Of a DNA stretch of 64,000 bases, positions 1 through 17,338 are shown in pieces. The stretch is from Phaeosaccion multiseriatum. Taxonomy: Eukaryota > Protista > Ochrophyta, other classes. How positions within the stretch are numbered: position 1 is the first letter of the stretch; each line of letters begins with the position of its first letter. The notes below the pieces were generated by a model, which saw nothing but the letters and a program-made list of their open reading frames with translations, was not told the DNA's origin and ran no database searches. The stretch is taken from assembly GCA_965112735.1 (NCBI GenBank), contig OZ218962.1, positions 1,364,001 to 1,428,000 of the forward strand, written 5' to 3'. Made by a program: the position numbers and the translations under genes.

Positions 1-22
1 TCACTACTCTCGTGCCTCCCAG

Positions 23-3000
23 CAAGGCTACTCCTGCGGGGAAGAGTAAGAAGATGGAAAGTCTTGGCACCGAGCAGGTTCAAATCAGGGGCTTGGAGTT
101 GACAACACCCACCCAGCGTATTCCACTCCAGCTGAACTACACTGTGGTCACTGGGGAGATTCGGTTTAAGGACGACAAGGTGTTTCTGGGCAAGCTCGCG
201 CCGGGGGCGAAGCTCAGTCACCCCATTAGTGTCGTCTCCTCCATAAGCCGCGGGTACAACGTGTCATGTGTCAACACTAGCAAGGACGGATTTGCAGTGA
301 CGATAGACTCGTTTGTGGTGCCCGGAGCAGTCGTCTCGAGTGAGTTGGGACATGCAGCAGCAGCAGCAGCAGCAGTAGGAGGAGGAGGGGGAGTAGGAGG
401 AGAGGTTGTGTCACAGTCGGTAGAAGAGCACGCAGCAGCAGCAGTCGCAGCAGCTCAGGTGGAGGCAAGGTTGGGGCAGGTGGAGCTCAGCTACAGCAGC
501 ATTTGCAAGAAGCTGGACTTGTGGGCGTGTGTGCTTATGTTTGCCACCTCCCGCAAAGAAGAGCTTGTGCACGTCATGTCCAGGAAAGAGCTCAAGGTGG
601 CAAGTGGGGCCGCGAGCTGCATTCACCAGGACAGAACCGTGCACCTCACCACCAGAGGGGGCAAGCCAGGCAGCCAGCGACACCAGCTGCAGATGTGGAT
701 GGGCGTCCTGAAACTTGGCAAGAGTGTGCCCGAGATTCCGCGCGGGGTGTCGCTGACCTCCTTCCTCTTGACACCGACCATTGCCACCGCTGCACGGATT
801 CTTCACCAGCGCTGGAGGGAGACTGCCTTCATGCAGTGGAACCTCGTAGACACCTCTGTCTCTCTAAGCACCTCCGTGGTAGGCATGGCGCCTCCTGCCT
901 CCATGCGGGTGGCCGCGTCCATCCACGTGCCCATCTTTTTCGGTGGAGCTGTGGGAGGACTCTCCTTTCCGGTGACACAGGTGAGTGTCAATGGGTGGGG
1001 GTGGGTGGAAAGGGCGCTCATGGTGGGTGGGCGTGAGTGGGTTGGTAGCCGGCTTTTGTGGGCAAGGGAAAGAGGAGCATCGTGGTCTTTCCTCATTCAC
1101 TGACTCTCTCTCTCTCTCTCTCTACGTGTGTCCTACTTGTCCCTCCTCTGTAGGTGGGAATGCGCCAAACTGCCTGGGTGAGGGTCCACAACCCTACATC
1201 GGTACCTGTGACATTGCGACTGGTCACAGAGGGGGCAAAGGCAAAGTTTGGGCAGGGATGGAAGGGGCCTTCTGACGCGGCGCAGTCCACCATTGCTTGG
1301 GCGGCGTATGGGCGCGGTGATGAGAAGGGGCCAGAGCCGGTTAGATATGGGCCGACTGTATTGCATAGCGACGGCAAGGGAGTGGGTCGGGCAGGCGGCG
1401 TCCAGCGAGGCAGCAGCAGCAGCAGCAGCAGCAGGAGCAGCAGCAGCAGCAAAGGGATGTCTAGAGAGGAGGAGCAAGAACCTTTCTCTCTTGCGGCCGC
1501 TGTGAAAGTTGATGCCCTACTTCTCCCGGGGGAGGAGGCGGAGCTCGGGCCCATCTACTTTGAGCCCACAAGTCCAGACTGGGCCTACACAGGCTACGTC
1601 TATATCGTCAACAGCATGACCAGAATAGAGCCCGTGATGCTGCACGGGGCGAGCGGGATGGGAAAGCTCGCCCTCCGTATGGTGCCGGACAAGAAGGAGG
1701 GACGACGAAAGCAAGCACGTGGCGCGAGTGCGAGCGACGGTGTGAGCGTGGGCGGTATAGGGCATGGCGGCAGTGAGGCCCAGGAGGAGGATGGGAAGAA
1801 GAAAAAGAAAAAGAAGAGGAAGAAAAAGAAGAGGAAGACGAAGAAGAAGACGAAAAAGCAGGAGAAGGGTCAGGCCTTCTACGAGGCGAGGGTGCAAGCC
1901 ATCCGAGACGAGAGGAGAAAGAGCGTCAGCTCTACTTTTTCGGATCGAGGGGTGGCATCCTTTGTTGTGAATGGCAGGGACATCTCATTAGGGTCGGACT
2001 CGTCAGCTTTCCCCAGCGGTGCCGCCGTCATACAGCATCGCTGGATTGCTAAGAACGAAGGCACAGCGCCTTTGGCCATCAGCGGCATTGACATTGTGGG
2101 CGGGGGCTTGCCTGGAGACAAGGGGGGCTGCTTTAGTCGCGGCTTCATGCTTGATTCTCAAGGCTGCCTGCTGAGTGGTGGGGTAAGTGCGCAGCAGCAG
2201 CAACAAAGGCAGGGTAAGCCTGCTGCTGCTGCTGCTGCTGCTGGTGGTGGTGGGCGTGGTGGAGCCGCTCGTGTGCACGTGTCTTCAGAAGAGCAGGGTT
2301 CCTCCGCTATGGAAAGAGCTGCAAAGGAGGGGCATCTGACCCTGCTGCCCGGCGAGGCACATACGTTCACGGTGAGCTTTCTGGCCGACTGCTCTGCTTG
2401 GATGGTGAAGCGGCTCCTTCGAGTCACGTCATCTGCGGGCGTGGTGGAGGTGATGCTATCGGCACGCGTGCTGCGGGAGGCCGAGGGAGGACCCTCTGCG
2501 GCCACATGCGCAGAGTTGCTTCACTTGCCCCCTCCTGGTTTCGGCAGGGAGTGGGACGTTCTTGTGCGCCGGGCCATGCTTGCTCTGTCGCTGGGGTGTT
2601 TGCTGGTCTGCATGACGGCTTTGCTGCGGCTCGCCATGACTTGTCGGCAGCTTGTGCAGCGCACCTTCCTAGCCTCTTCCTCCCGTGAGAGGGGGCAAGA
2701 AGGAGGAGGGGCGGCTCTTGTTGGCAAAGACGGAGGAAGAGGACATCTTCTGGAGAGGGAGAGACTGGAGGGCAGCAGCGAGGCGGAGGAGGACGAAGGA
2801 AACGACCTCGAAGTGGAGCGCTTTGCGGCATCTCTCGCGCTTTCCGCAGCCAGCGCCATGGGTAGAGAGGGTAGGCGGGCGCCGCCAGAGTCGTGGTCCT
2901 CATCAGAAGGAGCCACAGGAGCTGCTGGAGGTGGTGGCGGTGACTGGATGCGGAGGAAATCGGAGTCTCGAACCGCACCAAATGGTGCCTCTGCTCCCCG

Positions 3001-5605
3001 ACAAGAGAGCAGCAGCAGCAGCAGCAGCAGCCGCAGGGGCGGGGCAGCAGCAGCAGCAACAGGTGTGGGAGGAGTGAAGGGCCAAGGCAGCGACGTCGAT
3101 GACCTCCTCGGCTCACAGCCCCCTTCGGCGTGTGGTCCATCTGCCTTTTCCTCCTTTCGTGGGCATGACCAGCCCGGAGCGCAAGCAGCAGCAGTGCGCT
3201 TGGCGAATGGGTCGGGAGCTTCCTCTGTACCCAGCCCCCTCTTTGTTGGCACCCAGTCTTCTGGTGCGCGTTCGCTGGTGGAGCCTCCTTCTCTCTCGCC
3301 ACCGCTCTCCGATGACGGGTCGTTGCCCACTCAGCGGGCAGCAAACGGAGCTGAAGGAGGAGGCAGGGGCATGGCGTTGTTGCAGACGAAGGCGTGTACA
3401 CGCACCAACCTCCTCGCTACTGCTGCGACGCAACAACAAGGCAGTGATGCGAATGGAGACAGCTGGGCTAGGAGGGCCGCACACAACCGACCGAGCCAAG
3501 GCCAAGCCCAGTCGCAAGCAGATCAGGGCGGGCAGGACTTGCTTCTGCCGACCGATCTGCTGCAGGAAACGCAAACCCACCCGAGGCGAGCAAGACCCCC
3601 GCAAGACGAGCAGCAGCTGCAGCAGCTACAGGGCAGCACACTGGCGATGACTTGCGAGGCCTTGGAGCAGGAAAGTGACACCTACAGTAACGGTAGGCAG
3701 CAAGGTCGGGGTCGGGGTGTTGGTCGTGGATACGACAGCCGTGAGCTTCCGTTCCTTTCGCACTTGAAGGAAAGACGGGGGATGATGGATGGAAGCGGCA
3801 GCGGCACCAACCACAGCTGCAGTGCCGCTTCACTGTCAGAACTGGCCGCAAAGGATGCGATGGACAGTGACGGCGGCGAAGGCAGCACCACTGGCACGAG
3901 CGCCACGTCCTTTCGGTCTTATTCCACCTCCACCTCATCTGCCACTCCTCCTCCGCCTCCGCTCATGGACTCTTCTCCTCGCGTCAACAACGAAGGAGGA
4001 GGGGGGGCAGGAGGAGCATCAACATCAACACTGCCATCACCTTCTTCCTACGCAGACCAAGGCAGACGTGGTGTTGGCGATGGGAGCGTAGGGGCGAACG
4101 AATTAGGACCAATGCCAGCGGGAGCGCCCTCCTTCAGATGCCCCCCCCTAGCGTCGCCCGCGCCATCGGCGGACCTCCGGGCTTCTCACGCTTCGCTTGT
4201 GGAGGCCGTGCTATCTCCCTATTCGGGCTTTTCCGTGACAGACTTGACGGCAGAAGTGGCCGGCGACAGCTTCAGCGTAGTTGGGAGTGGGGGAAGTGGG
4301 GGGCTGGGCGGCGGGAGGAGGAGCAGCAACAGCGATGCCAGCAGTAGGACCTCTTTCCAACAGCAGCCGCCGCTTGCGATGGGTGGTGCCGATAGAGACC
4401 CTTTCCACACCTTCGATACGGCCATGTTCGGCGATGGACGGATGAGTGGGATGGCCTCTGCTGCTGCTCAGCTGCCTCTTCGCCCTCCCGGCCCTCCCGG
4501 CTTCCCCTCCGCTCCACCGGGCTTCGAGGATTCGTTTGGGCGGCCGACAGGGTCAGCTGCAGGGGCAGCCGCAGGCGCGGTGGGCATGCAGGGGCGGGAT
4601 AGTAGGCAGACCACGCCAATCGCTTCCATGTCTTCCGGGGGGGGGCTCCTGGGGCCTTCACCTGAAGACCTTGCTGCACAGAGGACGCAGAGGCATCAGA
4701 GCAGTGGTAGCAGCCCTGGCCTCACTCGGCACGACCTCGACCACCACATCCACCGTAATCGGCATCAATCGGATGCTTTGGGGGGTTCCTCGACTTCCCT
4801 TCTGGCGGGTTTGCTGTCTCTGGACCCAGTTGCTACTGAGGAGGAGCACGGCCTTGGAAATGAGGTGCTGGCAGGATCTCTGTCTGGCCTGGCCTCCTCT
4901 GCCGGACATGCTTCATCTTCCTCCTCCGTCTGGGGCTCTGGGTCTTATGCTGCCCATCATCGGGCCCCGGGGTCAAGTATGGGTCGCTCCTCCCCCTCCT
5001 CTCGTCACGGTCGACGCTCCTCACTCGCAAGTGACGGGAGCTTGGGAGGAGGAAGAGGCATGGACCTTGATAGACTTGACCAAAGCGAGCAGCGAGGAGC
5101 AGGAGCAGGAGCAGTGAAGGGAGGAAAAGGCCTTGACAATATGGGCGATAGGGACGGATTGTCGCCGGAGTCGGAGGATGCGACAGGGGGGGCAGCTGTT
5201 GCGCTTCCAGCAGGCGGAAGCGGAGGAGGAGGAGGAGGTGGAGGAGGAGGAGGAGGAAGAGGAGAAGGAGGAGGAGCAGGAGGAGGACGTAGAGGAGGAG
5301 GAGGAGGAGGAGGAGGAGGAGGAGGAGGAGGACGAGACGCGGAAGGGGGGGCATTGGCTGGAGTGGGGGCCTCGTCAGGCAGCACCTCCAGCGGGCACAG
5401 CTCGTCTCTGTTTTTGCACACCCCGTTCTCGCTCTTTCCCACGATGGGTGGCAGTGGCGGCATGCGCGGCAGTGGGGTAGCGGGGGCAGGGGCAGCGGGG
5501 AGCGCAGCCAACGTTGATGACTTATTCTCTTCGCCCCTCTTTGCTCCGTTCGTGCGAGTGGCCGAGGAGGGCGAAGGAGGGACACCTTCTGCTACCGTAT
5601 CACCA

Positions 5606-5638
<33 letters not shown>

Positions 5639-5686
5639 ACTTCTGCTACTGACGCCTCTCCAGGTGGAGCACCTGTGCTCGAGTGA
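23..5686 (+). CDS. TMEM131: TMEM131-like transmembrane protein, 5' end outside window; exons ~23-980 and 1154-5686
   Basis: Phase-0 intron 981(GTGAGT)-1153(TAG) joins LSFPVTQ|VGMRQTAWVRVHNPTSVPV. Blocks GPIYFEP...IVNSMTRIEPVMLHG, AKNEGTAPLAISGI and LLPGEAHTFTVSFLADCS resemble TMEM131 Ig-like repeats. One TM helix (ALSLGCLLVCMTALL) is followed by a long disordered Ser/Gly tail. Confidence 0.8.
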
Positions 5687-6308
5687 AGTCCAAGGGCACG
5701 AAGAATTGTACAGTGTAAATAATACCACAATACAAAATAGACCGATTTCTTTGTACCGTTACCGCAAGGGGATGGAACAGCTGGGATGGGGCGTCCGTCG
5801 AGAGCGCCTCGCGAGTGATGTGCCCCTCCCTCCAAAGACCTAATAAATCTCGTCCTCGTCCTCCTCGCCGTTGAGGTATTCAACCTCCAGCCCCTCGGGT
5901 CGGTCTGCTTGCAGCGGGCAGTCCCTCCCAACAGAAAGCCTCTTCAGGCCCCAGCAGACCCAAAGTGTAGAGTGCGAATTTTTTACTATTAGCGGGGGAT
6001 GGTACCTTATGCCGACGGTTCCACCCAACATTCCACCACCCTCCTTCGTCGAGGAGTACTCTTGCCTCTCCTCCTTTCTCTACCTCTCCTTCTCTCTCCC
6101 ACACACTCTCTCCCCCTCTTACTTCTTTTCTCTGAATGACGGTGTTACTCTGTCGCTCTCCCCCCTCTCTCTCAGAGGGGTTGTGTTCCTGCCTCCGCCC
6201 AACCCTCCCTTCAATGACGTTTCCTCTCTCTCTCTTACACACACACCTCTTTCTTTTCCTCTCCTCTGAATGAAGGAGGCCATTTGATCGTGCCAGTGAG
6301 TGAAGGAG

Positions 6309-6431
6309 ATGGAGGGGTGGGTTGCCGTGCGGTTGGGGAGTCAGAGTATTCATCCGCAGCAGCGAGACTCTGGGGAGGGCGGACAACAGCAACAGCAACA
6401 GCAACAGAAGCAGCAACAGCAGCAGCAACAG

Positions 6432-6466
<35 letters not shown>

Positions 6467-8988
6467 CGGCGACCCATGCTGGAGAACGCTGTATTGCAGA
6501 CTCGAAGGGAATAGTTTAACGCTCAGCGTTGGGCAAGGCCAGGGGGAGGAGGCACACAGCCAGGCGGAAGAGCAACAGGTGTATTGGTGCGCCCTCAACT
6601 CCTATACCAAGACCAAGCGAGTAAGCATAAGCACAGGAGGGATGACAGATGTGCTCATTGTTGAGGGAAGCGGCTGCGAGCATTGCAGAGGGGGTGGGCT
6701 TTTTGGGAGTGGCAGCGGCAGCGGCAGCCGTAGCGGCGAGGCGGGCGGTGGTAGCGGTAGAGGCAGCGGCAGTAGCAGCAAAGGTACGAACAGCAGTGGT
6801 ACGAACATCGGTACCTTGGCCCTGGGTTTTCGCTCTTCGCAAGTGCGAGACACGTGGCTACAGGCGGTCCGGCAGTGCGTGAGACAGAGGCGAATCGAAG
6901 AGATGGGCACGGCGAAGCGGCAGGGGACGCGCATCGTGGAGGGCCGGGGGGTCTTCTTTGAGCTCGATGAGCACTTTGAAGCTCACAATGTTGTGGGCAC
7001 TGGCGGCTTCGGCATGGTCATGGCTGCCACAGACAAGCGCAGTGGCACATCAGTGGCGATTAAGCTGATCCAAAACGCCTTTGAGAGGCCCATGCTGGCG
7101 AGGCGGGTGGTGAGAGAGGTGAGGACCCGCTCGTCCCTTCCGCCTTGTCCCTCTCGCCTTTTCCCCCTCTCTCCCTTTCTTGTATCTCTCTCGCTCGGTT
7201 TCTCTTCTCCCATCTATCGATCCAACTCTCTCACCCTCCACCAGTCTCACTTCCGTCCCCCCCCCCCTCCCTCCTATCCAAAGGTGCGTCTCATGCGCCT
7301 CATCAGCCACCCGAACGTCGTGAGCATACTCGACCTCCTCCCCCCTCCCCCGCCCTCAAGCCCCCAGCCCGGCGACAGTGGTAGTACTGCTCTGCTGGAC
7401 AGCTTCAAGGACGTGTACATTGTGTCCGAACTCATGGACACCGACCTTGCGCACGTGACAAAGTGCCACGCCGAGCTCTCGCACTCGCACGTGCAATGGC
7501 TCTTCTACCAGCTCGTGTGCGCGGTAGACCATATGCACAGTATGCGGGTACTGCACAGGGACCTCAAGCCCTCCAACATCTTCGTCAACAAGAACTGCGC
7601 CGTCAAAGTGGGAGACTTGGGTCATGCCAGGCGCGCTGCCTTCTCTCCCAGGGGTGGGAGCGGCGGCGGTGAGGGAACCACGGACGACGACGCTGGCGCT
7701 TCCCACCCAGGGGAGGACTCGTCCGAAATGACGGACTATGTGATCACGAGGTGGTACCGGGCCCCAGAGGTACTACTGGGGGCTCCGTACTGCTTTGGGG
7801 TGGACGTGTGGTCGTTAGGGTGCATCTTTGCGGAGCTGCACACGGGACAGCCGCTGTTCGAGGCCACCAACTACGTATCTATGCTCAACAAGATCCTGCA
7901 GCTCACGGGCTCCCCCGCTGCCGCTTCTGCTTCAACTTCGTCCGACCCGACTACTGCTACCGCTGCTGCTGCTGCTTGTGGTGGTGGTGGTGGTGGTAAG
8001 GATGGTGCTGGCGCTGGCGCTGGTGCGGGTAATAATCTGAGCCGCTTCCTGCACGGCTCGGCCAAGGCTCTGCGCTTCCTGGAGGCGTTACCGCAGCAAC
8101 CGCCGCAGGACTTGGCTCAAGCCTTTCCGACGGCGACGGCAGAAGCCCGCGATCTGCTCGGGAGGTTGCTGACCTTCAGCCCCGACGCTCGTATCTCGGC
8201 GAGAGATGCGCTCATGCATCCTTACTTTCAGAGCTTGCAGCCGCAGCAGCGGTGGCAGGAGAGCGGTGCGCGGGCTGGAGGTGGGCAGAGGGCCACAAGC
8301 TCGAGCTCGAGCGCCGCTGCTGCGACGTCAATGGATTGCAGCGGGCCGGAGAGCTTGCTTTGCGAAGGAGTGGGGGTTGAGGAGGACGGGTCAGGCAGTA
8401 GTAGTATGTCAGGCACAAAGTCAGGCGGCAGTAGCGGCTTGCGGGACGTGGAATCCTTGGAGGACGACGATCCCTTCCTCATTCCCCAGCTCAAACTCGC
8501 GGTCCTGGACGAGTGCGTGTCGCTGGGCCACACCGAGTGTCGAGGGATGAGGGACGCTGCAGCAGAGGCCATTCTCAAAGGGAAGGCGGAGGAGGAGGAG
8601 GAGGAGGAGGAGGAGGGGAAGCACACGGAGGCATATGGGTTCGTGTCTGGGGCCCGACGGAAGAAGCGGAGATCAGTAGACTTAGTGCCAACCGGCTCGC
8701 GGTGTTGCGCTTGCGGGTGTGGGAGCGGGGGGCGAGTGCGGAGCGGAGGTGACGCGGAGCAGCAGCACCAGCAGGAGCAGCAGTTGGTGATACAGCAGCA
8801 CCAGCAAGAGCAGCAGGATGGAGGAGAAGGACAAGCACCTCAAAGAGAAGGAGGGTACTTAAGCGGCCTCAGGAGCGTCGCGGCTCTGACCTCAGCAATG
8901 GCACCGCCCCGGCATGGAAAAGCGGCAGTGGGGAGAAGTAAGTCATTCGGGGCGGAGGGTACGGGCAGCGGGGGAGCAACGGGCGTGC

Positions 8989-9019
<31 letters not shown>

Positions 9020-9242
9020 GAGGGGGGGCAAGAGGCCACTCAGCCCTGGCATGAGCCCTGCCAACGCATCGGTCGGGGGCGCCCACCCCCACGGACAGCA
9101 GAGCCGCACACGCCACCAGCAAGACCAACACCAAGCTGTTGCAGCCGTTACAGCCACGGGCATGGATGTGGACAGTGTGGGCAGTGGCGGTGTGCAGGGG
9201 CAGAGGAAGGGGGGGGGTAGAGGGTGGAGGGGAGGGGCGTAG
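6309..9242 (+). CDS. MAP kinase (TDY type) with N-terminal PH domain; exons 6309-7118, 7284-9242
   Basis: Kinase motifs GTGGFG, VAIK, HRDLKPSN, DLG, MTDYVITRWYRAPE and DVWSLGCIFAE. PH-like N-terminus: MEGWV...WRTLYCRL...FRSSQVRDTWLQAVR. Removing intron 7119-7283 restores ARRVVRE|VRLMR. Confidence 0.88.
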
Positions 9243-9723
9243 TGTAGGGGGGGGGGGATGGGAGGGAAGGGAGGGCTGAGCGCGTCCTTAGGAAGGGGTT
9301 GCGCCTCCCTTCCTTCCTTGCCTGGGCGTTTTTAAATCCCTTGTTGGCAGTTGTTCAGTTGTGCCGCCTTGCACGAGGGGGACTTGTTACTACTACCTCG
9401 GCGCATAGTCCCGGGTGCACTTGTGACAGTGTAAGTAGTTGTAAATTTTAGGTTGTTTGCCCTTGTCGTCGTGATCTGTGGGCACTCATAAGCCAACGAT
9501 GACGGTTTCATGTGGAAGCTCCCTATTCCTCCTCTCTTTCCGACGTTGGGACGGGTTCACCCGTGTCGGGTCCCTCCCCCCTTGTCAGGAGCGGGGCCAG
9601 CATTCTTGACGCAGGCAGTGTAGAGCAGGCGGCAACACGGCAGTAGGCTCTGGAGGGGAACAGCAGAGATTGCGTGCGAAAAAGGTACTCCCAATAATAG
9701 TGGCTCAGGAGAGTTTGTTAGTC

Positions 9724-13204
<3,481 letters not shown>

Positions 13205-14050
13205 AAGCATATGAGGGGGGCAGGACCACCGAGTGACAGACTACGAGTACTTTTTTTGGGCCGCGGCGAGAGTTTCGGCTTTTGTGGTCGCCGAAGCAAG
13301 CAAACGACTCAAAGACTCTTTTTGAAACGAAGCAACTGGGGAGTGAGAGTGACTCCTCCCCGATAAGAGAGAGGAGGGAGAAGCTGGGCAGGCCTATTTG
13401 AGTACATGCAGAGGACGGAGCCTGAGCAACGTGAGGGGCTTTTGCTTTTTAAGAAAGAAAGAAGGCACGCCACACCCCGCCCCAAGGGTGCAGATGCGTG
13501 TGCTCAACTGAGGGCATGAACAAGAGTGTGGGTGTGTGTGCTCCAAGAGGTGCTTAGGTCCTCTAGGGATTGGGTGACCCCCCCCCCAAGGGAAGAGGCG
13601 GCACAGATATCTGTCGTTTGTCACGAAAAGGGGTTCGTTGGCTTGTCTCACTGGTCACGAGGACGGAAGGAGGAGAGGATGAGAAGAGTCAGTGAAGGAC
13701 AGGAGAAGCAGGACGGCACGCACCACACACGCGCGCCCCCACTCGACAGCCTACAACCTGCAGCCCAGAGACCCGCCTTCTGGTGCCATCCAGTCGAGGC
13801 CACACTCTCCAAGCAACGCGATTGTGCGATTGCAAGTGCGCAGGTGAGACTTCGTTTGATACTAGACAGCACTAGTATTAGTAGTGCACTGGTGAAAAAA
13901 AATAGAGGAACAAAAATTAATCAATCCAATGAGTACATGACAAATGCAAACATCCTTATTTCAGTAACGTTTTGACACACACACACACACACCACAACCC
14001 GTGTTCACCTACACCTAACCCCTGGAGGCCTCATGAGGCTGGCGAGTTGG

Positions 14051-16953
14051 TCATATCAGCGTGCGAATGGCGGTCATGTGCCGCTGCAGCTGCAAGTCAA
14101 GGCGGCTCCGGCTGCTGCTGCTGCTGATGCTGTTGCTGTTGACGTTGATGTTTCCGAGAGGAGAAGCCTCACTGCAACAGCTGCGAGACCCTGATGGGGC
14201 ACATACATCGCCCCTCTCATCGGTCTCATGGCCCTGGTCGCTGCAGCTGCTGCGGGCTCTATGACTAGCTAGGGCACCAGTAGTCGCCCCCGTCACAGTG
14301 ACCCGGTGGAGCAAGATCGCCAGCTTGCTGCCGGTCGAAGAGGAAGCGTTGGTCGTACGGAGGGGGGGCAAGGAGACATGCGCAGGAGCCATCTGTGACT
14401 CCGAGTGGATGGAGGGAGGGTTGGAGGGAGGAAGGAAGGAAGGCACGGGCACGGCACGTTGGACAAACGAAGCAAAACGAATCACTCCTTTGGCCCTCCT
14501 CACTACCACTGCACGCTGCGTCATACATGAGGAGAGAGTGGGGGGAGAGAGAGAGAGAGAGGAGAGCGAGAGAGAGACAGAGAGAGGGAGCTTCCACCGT
14601 CTGCGTCTGAAACGTACCTGAAAGGCGGAACAGTCCCCTCCTGGCGATGAGCGCTGCGTGTGGCGCAGCAGGACCCACGCACACGAGGAGGCCGCCACAC
14701 GTACATGTCCGTCTTTGTGATCCAAGGCCTTGCCAAGCAGGTCGTCCGCGTGGTCCAAGAGCTGAGGAAAGAGGAGGAGGAGGAGGAGGAGGAGGAGGAG
14801 GAGGAGGAGGAGGAGAGAGGAGGAGGAGGAGGAGGAGGAGGAGGAGGAGGAGGAGGAGGAGGAGGAGAAAGAGGAGGAGGAGGAGGAGGAGGAGGAGGAG
14901 GAGGAGGAGGAGGAGGAGGGGGAGGAGGAGGAGGAGGAGGAGGAGGGGGAGGAGGAGGAGGAGGAGGAGGAGGAGGAGGAGGAGGAGGAGGAGGAGGAGG
15001 AGGAGGAGGAGGGGGAGGAGGGGGAGGAGGAGGAGGAGGAGGAGGAGAAAGAGGAGGAGGAGGAGGGAGGGGGAGGGGGTGATAGTGGACAGACATCAAG
15101 AGATGTACAGGCATGAAGAGGTGTATAGGTATGAACAGGTGCAATCTTACGCCATGGCACCGTCAAGGAGGGAGGGATGAGGGGGGAACGACATCAAGCA
15201 GTGATCCCTCCATTGGTGTGCCACACACCCCACACCCAAGGAGGGATACACCCCCCCTAAGGCATGGACAGAGCAGCTACAGAGCAGCTACATGGCAGCT
15301 ACAGAGCAGCTCCAAAACAGCTCCAGAGCAGCTCCAGAACAGCTACAGAACAGCTACAGAACAGCTACAGAACAGCTACAGAACAGCTACAGAGCAGCTC
15401 CAGAACAGCTCCAGAACAGCTACAGAGCAGCTACAGAACAGCTACAGAACAGCTACAGAACAGCTACAGAACAGCTATAGAGCAGCTACAGAGCAGCTAC
15501 AGAACAGCTACAGAACAGCTACAGAACAGCTACAGAACAGCTACAGAACAGCTATAGAGCAGCTACAGAACAGCTATAGAGCAGCTACAGAACAGCTCCA
15601 GAACAGCTACAGAACAGCTACAGAGCAGCTCCAGAACAGCTCCAGAACAGCTCCAGAACAGCTACAGAACAGCTATAGAGCAGCTACAGAACAGCTACAG
15701 AACAGCTACAGAACAGCTATAGAGCAGCTACAGAACAGCTACAGAACAGCTACAGAGCAGCTCCAGAACAGCTCCAGAACAGCTCCAGAACAGCTCCAGA
15801 ACAGCTACAGAGCAGCTACAGAGCAGCTACAGAGCAGCTCCAGAACAGCTCCAGAACAGCTCCAGAACAGCTCCAGAACAGCTACAGAGCAGCTACAGAA
15901 CAGCTACAGAGCAGCTCCAGAACAGCTCCAGAACAGCTACAGAACAGCTCCAGAACAGCTACAGAGCAGCTACAGAACAGCCCGGGAATCATCGCTCACC
16001 TGAGACGCCGCCCCTCTTGCACGGCACAAATTCCGCAGCAGCAGCAGCGCGAGTGTGAGCAGCGGCAAGACCAGGCTACCGCTAGAAGACGCCTGGCCTC
16101 CATCCCTGCCTCCCTCCCTACCTCCATCCCGGCCACAAAGGCGAGTAGCGAGGTGGACCACATCCACTAGCAGGCCTGGGATGGTGACCTAAGGAGGGGG
16201 GGGGGAGAGGGGGGGGAAGAAGAGAGACAAGAGAGACAAGAGGGGGATGCAATCAATCCGTGAGTATGTAGACGCAAGGACGGCATACCGTTAGCCTGTT
16301 GCGTTCACTCACTTTGGAGGTTCGGAAGGCGTTGAACACGAGAGTTGTAGACCCCGCCAAGGCATCGCTGCCGATATGGAGGGTGCTAAGAGGGGGGGAG
16401 AGAGGGAGGGATGAGAGGGAGAAAGAGAGAGAGAGAGACAAGCAAGAGGGGTGAGCGCGGTAGAGGTGTGAGAGAGGGACAGACAGAATGATGGAAGGAG
16501 GAAAAGGCCCCCAACGATGCAAGGAGACGACACAAGAAGCGGAGACCAATGCCCGCAGTCCACTGCCTCACTCACTCATTCACTCCCTCTCTCGCTCCCT
16601 CCCTCACTCACTCCCTCCCTTCCTCACTCACTCACTCACTCCCTCACTCATTCACTGCCTCTCTCACTCTTTCCCTCCCTCCCGCACTCACTCACTCACT
16701 CCCTCCTAGTCTCACCTGTTGACCAGCACAGCTGCGATGGCATTGAGGCTGTGCAGATCGGGCCTGGAGAGGAAGGTCTTGCTGCCCAAGGCGCTGAGCT
16801 TGAGAGCGCAGTCGGAGAAGAAGTGGCACTGAGACATGGCGGCACGGCACTCCGCAGACACCGCGGCGCTCTTCAGCACATCTCGGCACCTGTGCCACAC
16901 GCACACACACGTACGCACCACACACGCAGGCACATACATACACACACACACGT

Positions 16954-16994
<41 letters not shown>

Positions 16995-17306
16995 CGCACG
17001 AACGCACATATATACATACACACGCATGAGAGGGGGAGGGGGGGAGGTCAGAGGCACCACAATAAGAAAGGGGACGAAACGACACGGGATGGCAGTGGAC
17101 GGGATCACACGTACACACGTGATCTCTTGTTGGTGTTGGGTAGGTGGTCTAATGAACTGAGACTGAAACTGAGACCGAGACTGAACTGAAACTGCAAACA
17201 CATACATGTCCATGAGGGCGGGGCGAGTGTTGCTCCCGAGGAGGGCGGCCATGATGCGGTGCAGCAGCGTGTGGGTGTGGCTCGAGCGCCGCACCTTGTT
17301 GCTGCC

Positions 17307-17338
<32 letters not shown>

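Noticed and set aside
5840-6100. Short minus-strand ORFs between TMEM131 and the MAPK
   Set aside because: No recognisable motif, start context or consistent splice structure.
15113-16003. 296-aa ORF of ([11 protein letters not shown])n repeats; also a superficial CRISPR-like regularity
   Set aside because: Translation of an 11-bp minisatellite antisense within a rotatin intron. There are no unique spacers and no cas genes.
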